Shown one piece after another: positions 63,157 to 64,000 of a DNA stretch of 64,000 bases. How positions within the stretch are numbered: position 1 is the first letter of the stretch; each line of letters begins with the position of its first letter. The position numbers and the translations under genes were made by a program. Below the pieces are notes generated by a model. The model was not told the DNA's origin. It did no database searches and saw only the letters and a program-made list of their open reading frames with translations. Origin of the DNA: Thalia democratica (lineage: Eukaryota); contig OZ241830.1 in the NCBI GenBank assembly GCA_965202585.1, positions 39,308,001-39,372,000 on the forward strand, written 5' to 3'.

Positions 63157-63791
63157 CTGTTAATATGTTTTTTATAAATGTGGGATCACGAATTAGTAGA
63201 CATTACTTGAATATGAAAAACTTAATTTGAGCTAATGAGAGTATTTTGTTTAAGTTTAAAAATAAAAAAGTTTTACTACATAAGCAATTATATTACTTTT
63301 AACAATGTAAGACCTAAAATACTATTTTAAACCAAACAATGTGACAAAACAAGCTGCAAAAGAGCACTAGTAATGCGTAATAACTTAAATTAAGTTAAAC
63401 CCTAGTTGCAGGTATTTACCAACAAAACTTTTTTTTATTGTTTTTAAAAATCATTTTTTTAGCTGAAATTTACGTCGCTTGCCACATTTTTTGTCTACGA
63501 TTGCCGCATTTGGCCCGCTGTCCGCACTTTGCCGACTCCTGTCTTATTGTAAAAACCATCATATAAATAAAATAAAGCTTTTATCAATAAAAGTTAATAA
63601 AACCAATTTAAAAACAATTAAATATACCATATATTTTACAAACATTCTAAAAAGATATAAGTTTACCTGAAAAGCAAACATTCTTACTCATTCTTATCTA
63701 CATAAATCATAAAAAACAGATTATTACAAAACTCTAAATGGTTTTATGAGAAACACTTAAAAATTAAATAGTTACTAGTGAGTCTTATTAC

Positions 63792-63880
63792 TAGGGGTAG
63801 GCAACGCACAGTCTTTCATTTTTTAAAAAACTGAGGAGAAGTAGGCCCACAAAAGATGAAACCGCGACCCGCGAGCAGGA
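63792..63880 (+). mobile_element. Probable hAT-type terminal inverted repeat (partner not seen)
   Basis: taggggtaggcaac followed by GC-rich subterminal motifs (ggccc, cgcgacccgcg). Confidence 0.4.
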
Positions 63881-64000
63881 ATTTCTGACTGAGACAAATT
63901 CTTAAACTTACATTATAGATATTCTGGGATTTGAAAGTAAGACTCTTTTGTACAATTTACGGAAGATTTGAAACACTTAATATATATATTTTAAATTAAA

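Noticed and set aside
1-64000. Alternative genetic code or non-canonical introns
   Set aside because: All 73 UBR4 exons read through under the standard code with GT-AG boundaries.

Overview
AT-rich metazoan (invertebrate-like) nuclear DNA with GT-AG introns. The species cannot be fixed from the sequence. Bases 1-30.6 kb hold the 3' part of UBR4 (p600/BIG/pushover family E3/E4 ligase): 73 phase-consistent coding exons traced by hand from just upstream of the UBR box to the stop at 30604, with a 5'-truncated CR1-type LINE in one intron. Bases 33-48 kb hold three more small RING-type ligase genes: two divergently oriented, very short RING-CH + TM (MARCH-like) paralogs with identical intron phases, and an intronless C3HC4 RING gene. 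A 3.3-kb foldback-like element with minisatellite arms lies next to the minus-strand paralog. Bases 48-57 kb are mostly non-autonomous DNA-transposon debris, including hAT elements with 8-bp TSDs. Bases 57.8-63.5 kb hold an unidentified minus-strand multi-exon gene with a single in-frame TGA in its largest exon. The most unusual signals are exon-by-exon GC3 swings (about 18% to 97%) inside one gene, a 5' splice-site consensus dominated by GTT, the in-frame TGA, and the cluster of minimal RING/RING-CH ligases. All counts are hand tallies.
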